Source of the DNA: Bacteroidaceae bacterium
GTDB lineage: Bacteria; Bacteroidota; Bacteroidia; Bacteroidales; Bacteroidaceae
Reading direction: 5' to 3'
Assembly: GCA_017525235.1 (NCBI GenBank)
Contig: JAFXTC010000018.1
Location: 1,947 to 65,946, forward strand
Length of the DNA: 64,000 bases
Under the pieces are notes generated by a model that searched no databases, had not been told where the DNA came from, and was given only the letters and a program-made list of their open reading frames with translations. Below are positions 17,261 to 26,939 of the stretch, piece by piece; the first letter of the stretch is position 1, and the number at the start of each line of letters is the position of its first letter. A program made the position numbers and the translations under genes.

Positions 17261-18604
17261 TTAGTCTGAAACCTTTGTGCTCGTTTTCTCTAATTCAAAA
17301 CCGATTGACTCTACAGCTTGACGGATGTCCTCCTCGTGGAAATTGCCGGTGATGTGAGCCATGCCTTCCTCTAATGACACTGTTACTTGCTCTACACCCT
17401 CTACAGAGGCAATGGCTTTCTGGGCATTGGCGGCACAGTGATGGCAGGTCATTCCTTTGATTCTATAGTTGAAAGATGAAAGTTGAGAGTTGAGAATTGG
17501 GGCTGTGCATTGTTCGTTTTTTTGTGACTCATCGCAGTCGTGACAATGGCAGTGGTGATGACCGCTAAAGAGCTTGTGTGGACTTAGGGCATTTATGAGA
17601 AAGAATATCATGAGTTCGGTGCAGAAGATGTTGAACCATCCAGGCTGCTCGGCACAGCAGTCCTGCATGCAGGTTATGGGAGCGGTGAACCATTCGGCAG
17701 GCAACAGATAGTCGATGCCTAAGGCAAAAACGACGGCACCTGTGATGATGGAAAAAAGGTATATAGCCAAAGTCTTCCGTCCCAAAACCTTATTGATTAT
17801 CAGAATGCTAGCTACGTTGCTGGCGGGACCTGCCATCAATAAAACCAATGCAGCACCAGGGGTGAGACCCTTTATCATCAGCGCCAAGGCAATGGGTATG
17901 CTGCCTGTAGCACACAGATACATGGGTATGCTGAAAAGCAAGACAAAGAGGATGCTGTAGAGCGTGTTGTCTTGGAAGGCTGTGAACCAAGAGTCGGGAA
18001 CAGCAGCTGTTATGATGCCGGCAATGACAAGTCCTATTACCAACCATTTACCAATATCCTCCATCATCTCGACGAAAGCATAATTTAGTAATGAGCGGAC
18101 CCTCTCCCCGCTCCCCCGTAAGGGGGAGGGCTTTTCTTTGGATGAACAACAATTCCCCTCCATAATGGGAGGGGTTAGGGGTGGGTCTGCTTGTCTTTCT
18201 GTTCCGTTCACCAATGTCCCTCCTAAAATAGCTGTCAGGAAGGCTGCTATGGGACGGATGATAGCAAAGGGCAACCCCATAAGGCTGTAGGTGGCAATGA
18301 TACTGTCCACTCCTGTCTGTGGCGTAGCTATCAGAAAAGAAACGGTAGCTCCTTTGCTGGCACCTTCCCTGCGAAGGCCCATAGCTGTCGGGATAACACC
18401 ACAGGAGCAGAGAGGGAGGGGCACACCAAAGAGGGCGGATAGGAAGACCGACCGGAAATTGTTTTTACCCAGATGATTGGTGTACAGGGTGCTGGGGAGA
18501 AACTCGTGCATAAGTCCAGCCAAGAGGAAGCCCAGCAGCAGGTAGGGGGACATCTCGTTGGTCAGCACCCATACCTCTTTCAGAATGTCTAATAGTACGT
18601 TCAT
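17261..18604 (-). CDS. Permease (SO_0444/ArsP-like Cu/Zn efflux family) with C-terminal heavy-metal-associated domain
   Basis: Two permease halves each with conserved Cys motifs (PLCSCGVIP); His/Cys-rich HHHCHCHDCDE; C-terminal HMA fold with GMTCHHC. Confidence 0.75.
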   Translation of the reverse strand: MNVLLDILKEVWVLTNEMSPYLLLGFLLAGLMHEFLPSTLYTNHLGKNNFRSVFLSALFGVPLPLCSCGVIPTAMGLRREGASKGATVSFLIATPQTGVDSIIATYSLMGLPFAIIRPIAAFLTAILGGTLVNGTERQADPPLTPPIMEGNCCSSKEKPSPLRGSGERVRSLLNYAFVEMMEDIGKWLVIGLVIAGIITAAVPDSWFTAFQDNTLYSILFVLLFSIPMYLCATGSIPIALALMIKGLTPGAALVLLMAGPASNVASILIINKVLGRKTLAIYLFSIITGAVVFALGIDYLLPAEWFTAPITCMQDCCAEQPGWFNIFCTELMIFFLINALSPHKLFSGHHHCHCHDCDESQKNEQCTAPILNSQLSSFNYRIKGMTCHHCAANAQKAIASVEGVEQVTVSLEEGMAHITGNFHEEDIRQAVESIGFELEKTSTKVSD

Positions 18605-18720
18605 AACCTTGTTGTTTTATCTTTCTGGATGCAAAAGTACATGGTATTTTTTGCAAATGGGTTGCAAAAGTTGGATTGATGAAAAAAAAGATGTACTTTT
18701 GTAGTCAAAATAGAAGAATC

Positions 18721-19410
18721 ATGGGAAAAACAATAGGTGTCCTCACCGCCATGAACGTTGAGTTCAAGCAGATTGCCTCCATCCTTACGGAGACGAAAAC
18801 AGAGAGGATTGGTCCTCAGGATTTTCTGGTGGGAAAATTAGGCGACAAGACAATTGTCTTACTGCAGTGTGGCATAGGTAAGGTAAATGCTGCTTCGGGT
18901 GTCACGAATCTGATTATTAACTTCAAGCCCGATAGTGTGGTCAGCACAGGTGTTGCTGGCGGCATAGATACCTGTTTAAAGATCATGGATGTAGTGGTCA
19001 GTACTCAGACTTGTTACCATGATGTAATATGCGGTGACGATGTAGACCCTGGACAAATACAGGGACTGCCCCGCTTCTTCGAGAGTGATAAGGCTATGGC
19101 TGAAACAGCGGCAAGGCTACCCTCTGATGTCCGCATCGTTCCTGGTCTGATTTGCACAGGCGATCAGTTTATCACCAACCGTGAACAGCTCAATGTTATA
19201 AAGGCTACTTATCCCGAGGGGCTTGCCGTAGATATGGAGTCGGCAGCTATCGCTCACGTCTGTCATCTGTATGGTGTACCCTTTGTTAGTTTCCGCATTA
19301 TCAGCGATACGCCGGGAGCAGAGGCCCACTTCGAGGAGTACCTCAACTTCTGGCAGACAATGGCCGACAAGAGTTTCTCGGTTACACGTCTTTTCCTAAA
19401 TAGTCTTTGA
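18721..19410 (+). CDS. mtnN: 5'-methylthioadenosine/S-adenosylhomocysteine nucleosidase
   Basis: MGKTIGVLTAMNVEF... N-terminus, so the internal Met at 18721 is preferred; AVDMESAAIA motif. Confidence 0.85.
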   Translation: MGKTIGVLTAMNVEFKQIASILTETKTERIGPQDFLVGKLGDKTIVLLQCGIGKVNAASGVTNLIINFKPDSVVSTGVAGGIDTCLKIMDVVVSTQTCYHDVICGDDVDPGQIQGLPRFFESDKAMAETAARLPSDVRIVPGLICTGDQFITNREQLNVIKATYPEGLAVDMESAAIAHVCHLYGVPFVSFRIISDTPGAEAHFEEYLNFWQTMADKSFSVTRLFLNSL

Positions 19411-19416
19411 TAATAG

Positions 19417-20778
19417 ATGTTAGACGTACTGAATCAGTGGATTTCAACGGCCAACGAATATCTTTGGGGTTGGCCAATGATTCTCCTGTTATTGGGAACT
19501 CATGTCTATATGACCTTTAGACTGCGTTTCCCTCAACGTTTTGTTAGCAAAGCCATTCGTTTGAGTCTGACAAAGGACAAGGACGGTAATGGCGATGTGA
19601 GTCAGTTTGGAGCCCTTGCCACTTCGTTGGCAGCTACTATTGGCACGGGAAATATTGTGGGTGTTGCTACGGCTGTTGCCTTGGGTGGTCCCGGTGCTGT
19701 ATTCTGGTGCTGGCTGACAGGTCTCTTTGGTATCAGTACCAAGTATGCAGAGGGGCTTCTGGCGGTCAAATACCGCATACGTACCGAGGACGGGCATATA
19801 GCAGGAGGTCCCATGTATGCCTTGGAACGCGGTTTGGGATGGCGTTGGGCAGGTGTTCTCTTTGCTTTTTTTACGGCTGTTGCCTCCTTTGGTATTGGCA
19901 ACATGGTACAAGGAAATGCCATCAGTACGCTGTGTTATAACACGTACGAGATTCCCACGTATATTACTGCATTAGGAATTTCTGCCGTAACGGCACTGGT
20001 GCTATTGTTTGGACTAAAAGGCATTTCCCGTGTTTGCAGTATGTTTGTCCCTTTTATGGCTTTGCTTTATGTTTTAGGCTGTCTCTATATTTTGTTCTTA
20101 AACGGGGCTTATGTCTGGGATGCATTTTGTCTTATTCTCAAAAGTGCTTTCTCGCCGCAGGCTGCTGGAGGTGGCTTTGTTGGAACATCTATTATCATGA
20201 CGGCCCGTTATGGTATAGCCCGAGGCTTGTTTAGTAATGAAAGCGGAATGGGGTCTGCCCCCATTGTTGCTGCTGCAGCTCAGACGCGTAACCCTGTAAG
20301 ACAGGCTTTGGTAAGCAGTAGCGCTACGTTCTGGGACACCGTAGTGATATGTGCACTGACGGGTTTAGTGATTGTGAGTAGCATCTTGGCTTATCCCGAG
20401 ATTTCGGATGCAGATGGTGGCGCACTTACTCAAGTTGCTTTTGGAAAGATTCCCTATGTTGGTGCTCCCTTGTTAACGTTCGGTATTATAACGTTTGCCT
20501 TCAGCACTATTATCGGATGGAGCTATTATGGTGAGAAGGGTGCGGAGTATCTGGGAGGTCGTCGTATACGTTTGCCGTATAGGGTTGTGTATGTGGTGAT
20601 GGTTTTTGTGGGTGCTATGGTGAAACTAGACTTTGTGTGGAATTTGTCTGATATGCTGAACGCCTTCATGGCTATTCCCAACCTGCTTTCCGTTCTTTTG
20701 CTCAGTGCTGTGGTAACAAGCGAGACAAAGCGTTATCTTTGGTCTGACCGTTTGGATGATTATCCTAACAACGAGTGA
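19417..20778 (+). CDS. Alanine/glycine:cation symporter (AGCS family)
   Basis: GAVSQFGALATSLAATIGTGNIVGVATAV..GGPGAVFWCW signature; about 11 TM helices. Confidence 0.85.
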   Translation: MLDVLNQWISTANEYLWGWPMILLLLGTHVYMTFRLRFPQRFVSKAIRLSLTKDKDGNGDVSQFGALATSLAATIGTGNIVGVATAVALGGPGAVFWCWLTGLFGISTKYAEGLLAVKYRIRTEDGHIAGGPMYALERGLGWRWAGVLFAFFTAVASFGIGNMVQGNAISTLCYNTYEIPTYITALGISAVTALVLLFGLKGISRVCSMFVPFMALLYVLGCLYILFLNGAYVWDAFCLILKSAFSPQAAGGGFVGTSIIMTARYGIARGLFSNESGMGSAPIVAAAAQTRNPVRQALVSSSATFWDTVVICALTGLVIVSSILAYPEISDADGGALTQVAFGKIPYVGAPLLTFGIITFAFSTIIGWSYYGEKGAEYLGGRRIRLPYRVVYVVMVFVGAMVKLDFVWNLSDMLNAFMAIPNLLSVLLLSAVVTSETKRYLWSDRLDDYPNNE

Positions 20779-20848
20779 TAATTGCTATTAACCGCAGGTA
20801 ATTTGGGATTTTCTTCATGTTTTTCTTTGTCGTTTGCTGCAAAAGCCG

Positions 20849-20856
20849 TAATTTTG
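20849..20856 (+). promoter_or_regulatory. -7 box TAATTTTG upstream of tRNA-Ser
   Basis: TAnnTTTG match 16 nt before the mature tRNA 5' end. Confidence 0.4.
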
Positions 20857-20871
20857 CAGCCGCTTAGATAT

Positions 20872-20958
20872 GGAGAGATGCCAGAGTGGTCGAATGGACC
20901 GCACTCGAAATGCGGCGTACTCTTACGGGTACCCAGGGTTCGAATCCCTGTCTCTCCG
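20872..20958 (+). tRNA. tRNA-Ser (anticodon CGA)
   Basis: Cloverleaf folded by hand. Acceptor GGAGAGA/UCUCUCC; 3-bp D stem; anticodon stem CCGCA/UGCGG with loop CU-CGA-AA; long variable arm (GUAC...GUAC); T arm CAGGG-UUCGAAU-CCCUG; discriminator G. Confidence 0.95.
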
Positions 20959-20974
20959 CCCAATTAAATACACA

Positions 20975-21012
20975 AAGAGTGCTTGGTAACCTCTTTTAAA
21001 ACAAAACAAGAA
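20975..21012 (+). promoter_or_regulatory. preQ1 class I-like riboswitch aptamer
   Basis: AAGAG-UGCUUGGUAAC-CUCUU-UUAAAACAAAACAAGAAC. It has a 5-bp P1, a loop ending in ...GUAAC with a C just before the 3' strand of P1, and an A-rich ...AACAAAACAAG tail. It ends 2 nt before the yhhQ ATG of a queuosine operon. Confidence 0.6.
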
Positions 21013-21014
21013 CA

Positions 21015-21704
21015 ATGACAGAAAGAAAAACCGTTTCAGCATCCTTCATGTACATGGGGATACTGTTTAGTACTTGCCTTATAACAAGTAATCTATTAGA
21101 GTCAAAAATCCTACAGTTTGGCAGTTTCACAATGACGGCAGGCGTCTTGTGCTTCCCTATTTCTTATATTCTGAACGACTGCATTGCCGAGGTGTGGGGG
21201 TACCGCAAGGCGAGGTTCGTAATTTGGATGGCGTTCCTGATGAACTTCTTGGTTGTAACCCTTGGGCAGTTGGCTATGATGTTGCCGGCTGCAGATTTCT
21301 GGATGGAGCATGAGGAACACTTCAACTTCGTATTCGGCCTGACGCCTCGTATCACCGTTGCTTCTTTTGTGGCATTCCTGACGGGAAGTCTGGTCAATGC
21401 GTATGTCATGAGCAAGATGAAGCTATCAGCAGAAGGCCGGCACTTTTCACGTCGTGCTGTTGTCAGTACACTTTGGGGCGAAGGCATTGACAGTCTGATA
21501 TTCTTCCCATTGGCTTTCGGAGGTATGATTCCTCCTCATGATTTGGGAAAACTGATGATTCTTCAGGTTATAACCAAAACGCTGTACGAGATAATTGCAC
21601 TTCCATTGACTATCAGAGTGGTGAAGTGGGTAAAGCGTCGTGAGGGCGTAGATGTGTATGACAGGGATGAAACGTACAATCCCATAAATATATTCCAACT
21701 ATGA
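21015..21704 (+). CDS. yhhQ: Queuosine precursor transporter (YhhQ/VUT family)
   Basis: [21 protein letters not shown] motif; 6 TM helices; translationally coupled to queC. Confidence 0.8.
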   Translation: MTERKTVSASFMYMGILFSTCLITSNLLESKILQFGSFTMTAGVLCFPISYILNDCIAEVWGYRKARFVIWMAFLMNFLVVTLGQLAMMLPAADFWMEHEEHFNFVFGLTPRITVASFVAFLTGSLVNAYVMSKMKLSAEGRHFSRRAVVSTLWGEGIDSLIFFPLAFGGMIPPHDLGKLMILQVITKTLYEIIALPLTIRVVKWVKRREGVDVYDRDETYNPINIFQL

Positions 21705-22360
21705 TAGGCGAGTCTGCTCTGGTGGTTTTTTCCGGTGGTCAGGACAGCACCACTTGTCTATATTGGGCAAAAAAGAACTTCAGTCGTGTGGTGGCCCTAA
21801 GCTTTATCTATGGGCAAAAGCATGTGAAAGAGGTAGAACTGGCAAAAGAACTGGCAAAGGAAGCTAACGTGGAATGGGACTGCATGGATGTATCTTTCAT
21901 CTCAGGACTCAGTACGGGTTGCAGCCTTACAGATACCTCGTTGCAGATAGAGGAGGAGAAACCTGCTGATGGTGTTCCTTCTACATTCGTTCCAGGTCGC
22001 AATATGTTCTTCCTCTCAATAGCAGCTGTATATGCTCGGAATAAAGGCATATTTGATTTGGTGACAGGCGTCAGTCAGACCGATTTCAGCGGTTATCCCG
22101 ATTGCAGGGATAGTTTCATCAAGAGTTTAAATGTGACGCTCAATCTGGCTGTGGATGAGCAGTTTAGGATTCACACCCCTCTGATGTGGCTCGACAAGGC
22201 TCAGACTTGGCAGATGGCTGATGAGATGGGTGTGATGAATATAATAAGGTATAAGACATTGACGTGCTACAATGGCATTCAGGGTGATGGATGCGGACAT
22301 TGTCCGTCCTGTCAGTTACGCAGAAAAGGTTTAGAGAAATATGAGCAACAGAGAAAATGA
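21701..22360 (+). CDS. queC: 7-cyano-7-deazaguanine synthase
   Basis: PP-loop [12 protein letters not shown]; C-terminal zinc cluster [11 protein letters not shown]. Confidence 0.9.
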   Translation: MIGESALVVFSGGQDSTTCLYWAKKNFSRVVALSFIYGQKHVKEVELAKELAKEANVEWDCMDVSFISGLSTGCSLTDTSLQIEEEKPADGVPSTFVPGRNMFFLSIAAVYARNKGIFDLVTGVSQTDFSGYPDCRDSFIKSLNVTLNLAVDEQFRIHTPLMWLDKAQTWQMADEMGVMNIIRYKTLTCYNGIQGDGCGHCPSCQLRRKGLEKYEQQRK

Positions 22361-22802
22361 GGGTTTAACGGCTTTGGGCCGCAAGACGGAGTACAAGAGT
22401 GACTATGCTCCTGAGGTGTTAGAGGCTTTTCAGAACAAACATCCCGAGAACGACTATTGGGTAAGGTTTAACTGCCCCGAATTCACAAGCCTTTGTCCCA
22501 TTACAGGGCAGCCCGACTTTGCTGAGATTAGAATCAGCTATCTGCCCGACCAGAAGATGGTGGAGAGCAAGAGTCTGAAACTATACCTTTTCAGTTTCCG
22601 CAATCATGGCGATTTCCATGAGGATTGTGTGAACAAGATTATGAAGGACCTTATCAAACTTATGGATCCCAAGTATATTGAGGTAACGGGAATCTTTACG
22701 CCAAGAGGCGGAATAAGCATCTATCCGTATGCGAACTACGGACGGCCAGGAACCAAGTATGCAGAGATGGCAGAGTACCGTCTGCTACATCACGACCTTT
22801 AG
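22341..22802 (+). CDS. queF: NADPH-dependent 7-cyano-7-deazaguanine reductase (unimodular type)
   Basis: [14 protein letters not shown] catalytic Cys motif and the E(S)KSLKLY QueF motif. Confidence 0.9.
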   Translation: MSNRENEGLTALGRKTEYKSDYAPEVLEAFQNKHPENDYWVRFNCPEFTSLCPITGQPDFAEIRISYLPDQKMVESKSLKLYLFSFRNHGDFHEDCVNKIMKDLIKLMDPKYIEVTGIFTPRGGISIYPYANYGRPGTKYAEMAEYRLLHHDL

Positions 22803-24556
22803 TCGAACTCCAATTCCAAATCCTTTATCAGGCTGGTAAGCGAAGGGTTCATCTTCTCCAGTGCAAGAAGATGTTCCTGTTTGCTGTAGCTGCGCTTAAC
22901 GACTTCTTGTTCAGCCAGACGGAAGGTGAAGCTTAACTGACTGTTCTTTAAGCGTGGACGAAGGAAGCCCTCCAAATCAGCCTTCAAATCATTCAGTTCG
23001 CTAATAATCTGTGGACTATTAACGGTAACCTCTATGGTGGACGGGAATGTGATAATTGGCTGTAACAATCGCATACGCTGTGCTATGGCCATTTGTTCTC
23101 GTGGAAGACTGTTTATGTAGGCAAACCATCCTTCCTTCATAGAGTTCTCTTCAAGGGGCTGTATAAGTTCAATTTCTTCTGCGGGACTTTCCTGGATGTT
23201 TGTTTCTGTGTTTTCTGTAGCCTTGTTGCCAAAGTGCTTGAAGCTAACCTTCCGCAAGATGACTTTAGGCTCATTAACGTTTGCCTTTGGAACAGATGGG
23301 ACGGGAACGCTGGTTTCCTTTTTCTGTAACTGAGGTGCTGCTGTTGCTGCTGGATTTTGTGCGACAACAGAAGAACTGGCTGCTGTCTGAGACTTTGCAG
23401 CCGGTTGAGTGAAAATGGGTTTTAAGATCTTTGCAGGGCGGCGCCCCGCGCCAGGCACATCTTCTTCTGTTAATTGAGATGCTTGGATAAGGCATATCTC
23501 AACCTGCAAACGTTTGTTCCGACTGGTTCTGTAAGCCTGATCGCAGTCGTTGCATAGCTTAATGGCCTGATAAAGGAACTTAGTCTTGCATTTCTGTGCC
23601 TGTTCCTGATATTTATTGCGCATCTTATCGCTCATCTCCAGCAAAGGCAGTGTTACGGCATCTTGGCTAACCAAGAGATTGCGCAAGTGTGTGGCTAGTC
23701 CGTTGATGAAGTTGCCGCCGTCGAAACCTTTGTTCAGCACATCGTTGAACAACATGAGGCTGGACTGAACATTGCCAGCCAAGAAGTAATCTACCAACTG
23801 GAAATAGTATTCAGTACTCAGTACGTTTAGGTTCTTGGCAACCTGCTCGTATGTAATGTTGCCGCCAGTGAAGCTGACCATCTGGTCGAAGATGCTCAGG
23901 GCATCACGCATACCGCCGTCAGCCTTCTCAGCTATAAGGCCTAATGCTTCAGGCTCTGCCGTGTAGCCTTCCTTCTGTGCCACATACATCAGGTGATCAA
24001 CAGTCAACTGCGTAGTCATCCTTTGGAAGTCGTATACCTGACAACGACTCAGAATCGTGGGCAGAATCTTGTGCTTCTCGGTGGTGGCAAGAATAAAGAT
24101 AACGTACGAGGACGGCTCTTCCAGTGTCTTTAGGAAAGCATTAAAGGCAGAGGCGCTAAGCATGTGCACCTCATCAATGATGAAAACCTTATATTTGCCT
24201 ATTTGTGGCGGAATCTGAACCTGTTTTGTCAGTTCGCGGATATCCTCTACTGAGTTGTTGCTGGCAGCGTCTAACTCGTGAATATTCATAGAGCGCTGCT
24301 GGTCGAAAGCTAAGCAGCTTTCACATTGACCGCAAGCATCGCCTCCGTCCTTTGGCGAAAGGCAGTTGATGGCTTTGGCAAAAATACGGGCACAGGTTGT
24401 TTTACCAACGCCTCGTGGCCCGCAGAACAAATAGGCGTGTGCCAGCTTTCCTGAAGCAATGGCATTCTTGAGTGTTGCGGTGAGTGCACGCTGACCGACT
24501 ACTGCGTCAAAGTTCAGTGGTCTGTATTTCCGTGCAGATACAATGTATTCTTCCAT
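22799..24556 (-). CDS. dnaX: DNA polymerase III subunits gamma/tau
   Basis: [13 protein letters not shown]... start, so the Met at 24556 is preferred; GPRGVGKTT Walker A; zinc module CGQCESC; SRC motif. Confidence 0.9.
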   Translation of the reverse strand: MEEYIVSARKYRPLNFDAVVGQRALTATLKNAIASGKLAHAYLFCGPRGVGKTTCARIFAKAINCLSPKDGGDACGQCESCLAFDQQRSMNIHELDAASNNSVEDIRELTKQVQIPPQIGKYKVFIIDEVHMLSASAFNAFLKTLEEPSSYVIFILATTEKHKILPTILSRCQVYDFQRMTTQLTVDHLMYVAQKEGYTAEPEALGLIAEKADGGMRDALSIFDQMVSFTGGNITYEQVAKNLNVLSTEYYFQLVDYFLAGNVQSSLMLFNDVLNKGFDGGNFINGLATHLRNLLVSQDAVTLPLLEMSDKMRNKYQEQAQKCKTKFLYQAIKLCNDCDQAYRTSRNKRLQVEICLIQASQLTEEDVPGAGRRPAKILKPIFTQPAAKSQTAASSSVVAQNPAATAAPQLQKKETSVPVPSVPKANVNEPKVILRKVSFKHFGNKATENTETNIQESPAEEIELIQPLEENSMKEGWFAYINSLPREQMAIAQRMRLLQPIITFPSTIEVTVNSPQIISELNDLKADLEGFLRPRLKNSQLSFTFRLAEQEVVKRSYSKQEHLLALEKMNPSLTSLIKDLELEFD

Positions 24557-24629
24557 TCTGTTTTTTGTAGTTTTGTGCAAAAATATGAAAAAAAAGTGGC
24601 TTCTTGTTATAAGTGACCATATTTTTTTC

Positions 24630-24637
24630 TACCTTTG
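24630..24637 (+). promoter_or_regulatory. -7 box TACCTTTG for the FtsB-like gene
   Basis: TAnnTTTG match 23 nt before the ATG at 24660. Confidence 0.4.
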
Positions 24638-24659
24638 CTCAAAATTAGCACAAGACATT

Positions 24660-25004
24660 ATGAGCCGATTAAATTCTGTGTTCCTATTTATATGCCGTCA
24701 TAAGTATATGGTGGTTATCTTTTTTATTGTTCTTATTGTGGGTTTTATCGATGATAACAGTTTCATGCACCGCTTCGACCGTCGTAGCAGGATGAGTCAG
24801 TTAAGGAACGAGATAGAAACATATAAGGCTCAGTATGAGACAGCTGACCGCCAGTTGCTTGAGATGGATTCCAACCCCAAGTCGATAGAAAAGATGGCCC
24901 GCGAGAAATACTTTATGAAACGTCCGGGCGAGGATGTATTTGTGATTAGAGATTCGGAAAGTGATGCTTCAGATGAGGCAAATACAGATTCTTTCGCAAG
25001 ATAA
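24660..25004 (+). CDS. Septum formation initiator (FtsB/DivIC-like) protein
   Basis: Single TM helix followed by a coiled coil and the REKYFMKRPGEDVFVI motif. The internal Met is preferred because the upstream extension overlaps the dnaX start and the promoter box. Confidence 0.7.
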   Translation: MSRLNSVFLFICRHKYMVVIFFIVLIVGFIDDNSFMHRFDRRSRMSQLRNEIETYKAQYETADRQLLEMDSNPKSIEKMAREKYFMKRPGEDVFVIRDSESDASDEANTDSFAR

Positions 25005-25009
25005 GGACA

Positions 25010-25387
25010 ATGATACGCGAGCTTTCGTTTCTTGAGAATCTTCTTTTTCGCACGGGTGCCATTTTGATGCTTATTGGCGTTGCGCTTCATATTTACAGCG
25101 CTGAAGTTTCTCTTTACGTGTATGGTATAGGTGCCATGCTTTTTTGTTTGATGCAGCTGAGGGCCGTATATGAAGGGAACGACCTGAATGTTATCAGGTT
25201 ACGTCGTCAGCAGTTGTTTGCCTGCCTGATGTTTCTGGGAACAGTGATGTGTATGAGCATGCAGGTTTATCAGTATGGTTTTGCTCGCAGAAACGAATGG
25301 GTTGTGGCATTGGCAATAGGCTGCGTGCTGGAGTTGTACACAGCGTGGCGTATTCCTAATGCATTACAAAAGGCAAAAAAGTCTTAA
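25010..25387 (+). CDS. Small membrane protein, unknown function
   Basis: Four predicted TM helices; 5 nt downstream of the FtsB-like gene. Confidence 0.5.
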   Translation: MIRELSFLENLLFRTGAILMLIGVALHIYSAEVSLYVYGIGAMLFCLMQLRAVYEGNDLNVIRLRRQQLFACLMFLGTVMCMSMQVYQYGFARRNEWVVALAIGCVLELYTAWRIPNALQKAKKS

Positions 25388-25457
25388 TAAGTACTAAAAG
25401 TTCATCCTTGTACTTTCTTTTTTGACTATCTTTGTATGATGGAATGAATGGCATGGT

Positions 25458-26156
25458 ATGAAGAAGTTATTTACTTCATTAATCTTTGGGGCCGTTGCGC
25501 TTGCCTCTTGCTCAGATCAATATCTTGTTTCTGGGTCGTCCAATGTTGAAGCATTGGAGGGTAAGATGCTATATCTGAGGGTGTTCAAGGATGATGATAT
25601 GTGTGCCATTGATTCTTCTCGGGTTGTGCACGGACGCTTTAAGTTCCGAGGAATGATGGATTCTGTGGTGATGGCAAACGTTTTTCTGGAAGATAACAGT
25701 GTAATGCCTGTTGTTTTGGAAGATGGCGATGTTCGTGTGCGAATTGACGAAACCACCCAAAGTGCGACAGGAACTCCGTTGAATGACAGCCTCACGAATT
25801 TCATTCAGAAGAAGCTGCAGATAGATGCCCGCATGGCTGAGCTTCCACATCTGGAGTCGCAGATGATAATGAACGGTATTGACCACGACCAGATTCTCAT
25901 GGAACTTGGTCAGCAGGCCCAAGAGTTGGAGATCGAGAATGACAGGCTGATAACGCGGTTCATCCGTAGTAATTATAATAATGTATTGGGGCCGGGGGTG
26001 TTTATGATTTTGACCAGCGGTCTCGAATATCCTGTCATGAATCCGCAAATAGAGGAGATAATCTCTCAGGCGCCTCCATATTTCAGGAATCATCCATACG
26101 TCAGAGAATATATAAAGAAGGCTGAAAGCAATATGGAAAAGTTGCGTCAGTATTAA
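25458..26156 (+). CDS. DUF4369-like lipoprotein
   Basis: Lipobox LASCS. N-terminal GKMLYLRVF...VVHGRFKFRG pattern resembles DUF4369. Confidence 0.5.
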   Translation: MKKLFTSLIFGAVALASCSDQYLVSGSSNVEALEGKMLYLRVFKDDDMCAIDSSRVVHGRFKFRGMMDSVVMANVFLEDNSVMPVVLEDGDVRVRIDETTQSATGTPLNDSLTNFIQKKLQIDARMAELPHLESQMIMNGIDHDQILMELGQQAQELEIENDRLITRFIRSNYNNVLGPGVFMILTSGLEYPVMNPQIEEIISQAPPYFRNHPYVREYIKKAESNMEKLRQY

Positions 26157-26183
26157 TTTGTAGTTGAAAGAGGTTTCTTCTGT

Positions 26184-26939
26184 ATGAAATATCTATATTG
26201 GCTTTACCAGTTGCTTATAGCAGGTCCAATACTTCTGATTGCCACCATTCTTTGTGCAGTAATTGTAATCATCTTCGGTCCTATCTGGCCCGCATGGATG
26301 GGTTACTATCCTCCTATGGTGTGGAGCCGTCTGATGTGTTGGGTCTGTCTGCTTCCGGTTAAAGTGGAGGGTAGGGAACATCTGAGCAAGCATCAGTCAT
26401 ATATCTTTGTAAGCAATCATCAAGGCGCGTATGATATTTATCTTGTTTATGGATTCTTAGGAAGGAACTTCAGGTGGATGATGAAGAAATCCTTGCGTAA
26501 GATTCCCCTGATAGGAAAGGCATGCGAGAGAGCCGGACATGTGATGGTGGATAAGAGCGGGCCCAAGGCCATTAATGCCACTTGTGAACAGGGACGCAAA
26601 GTCTTGCGTGGCGGTATCAGCCTGATGGTTTTCCCAGAGGGAGCACGCACCTTCACTGGTCACATGGGTAAGTTCCGCAGGGGAGCTTTCCAAATGGCTC
26701 ATCAGTTGCAGTTGCCTGTTGTGCCTGTCACTATCGACGGTTCCTTTGATGTCTTGCCGCGCCAAAAGGGCTTTAACTTTGTAACATGGCATCCGCTACG
26801 ATTGGTTATTCATGAACCTATCCTTCCCAATCCTCTTGATCAAGAAGAGATAAAGGACGTAATGGAGCAGAGTTATAAGACAATCATGTCGGCGTTGCCA
26901 GAGAAATATCAAGGCTTTATTGAGAATCCCGACCAATGA
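26184..26939 (+). CDS. plsC: 1-acyl-sn-glycerol-3-phosphate acyltransferase
   Basis: NHQGAYD (HX4D) and FPEGART acyltransferase motifs; N-terminal TM helix. Confidence 0.8.
   Translation: MKYLYWLYQLLIAGPILLIATILCAVIVIIFGPIWPAWMGYYPPMVWSRLMCWVCLLPVKVEGREHLSKHQSYIFVSNHQGAYDIYLVYGFLGRNFRWMMKKSLRKIPLIGKACERAGHVMVDKSGPKAINATCEQGRKVLRGGISLMVFPEGARTFTGHMGKFRRGAFQMAHQLQLPVVPVTIDGSFDVLPRQKGFNFVTWHPLRLVIHEPILPNPLDQEEIKDVMEQSYKTIMSALPEKYQGFIENPDQ

Noticed and set aside
20760-20967. Two ~60-aa ORFs on both strands
   Set aside because: They overlap tRNA-Ser(CGA) and its promoter, so they are artefacts of the six-frame track.
22799-22802. Convergent overlap of the queF and dnaX stop codons with no terminator between them
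   Set aside because: The overlap is real (4 nt), but convergent stop overlaps are common in compact genomes and I see no additional structure, so it is not reported as a finding.
24543-24659. N-terminal extension of the FtsB-like ORF
   Set aside because: The extension overlaps the dnaX start and contains the TACCTTTG box. The conserved TM plus coiled-coil protein starts at 24660.
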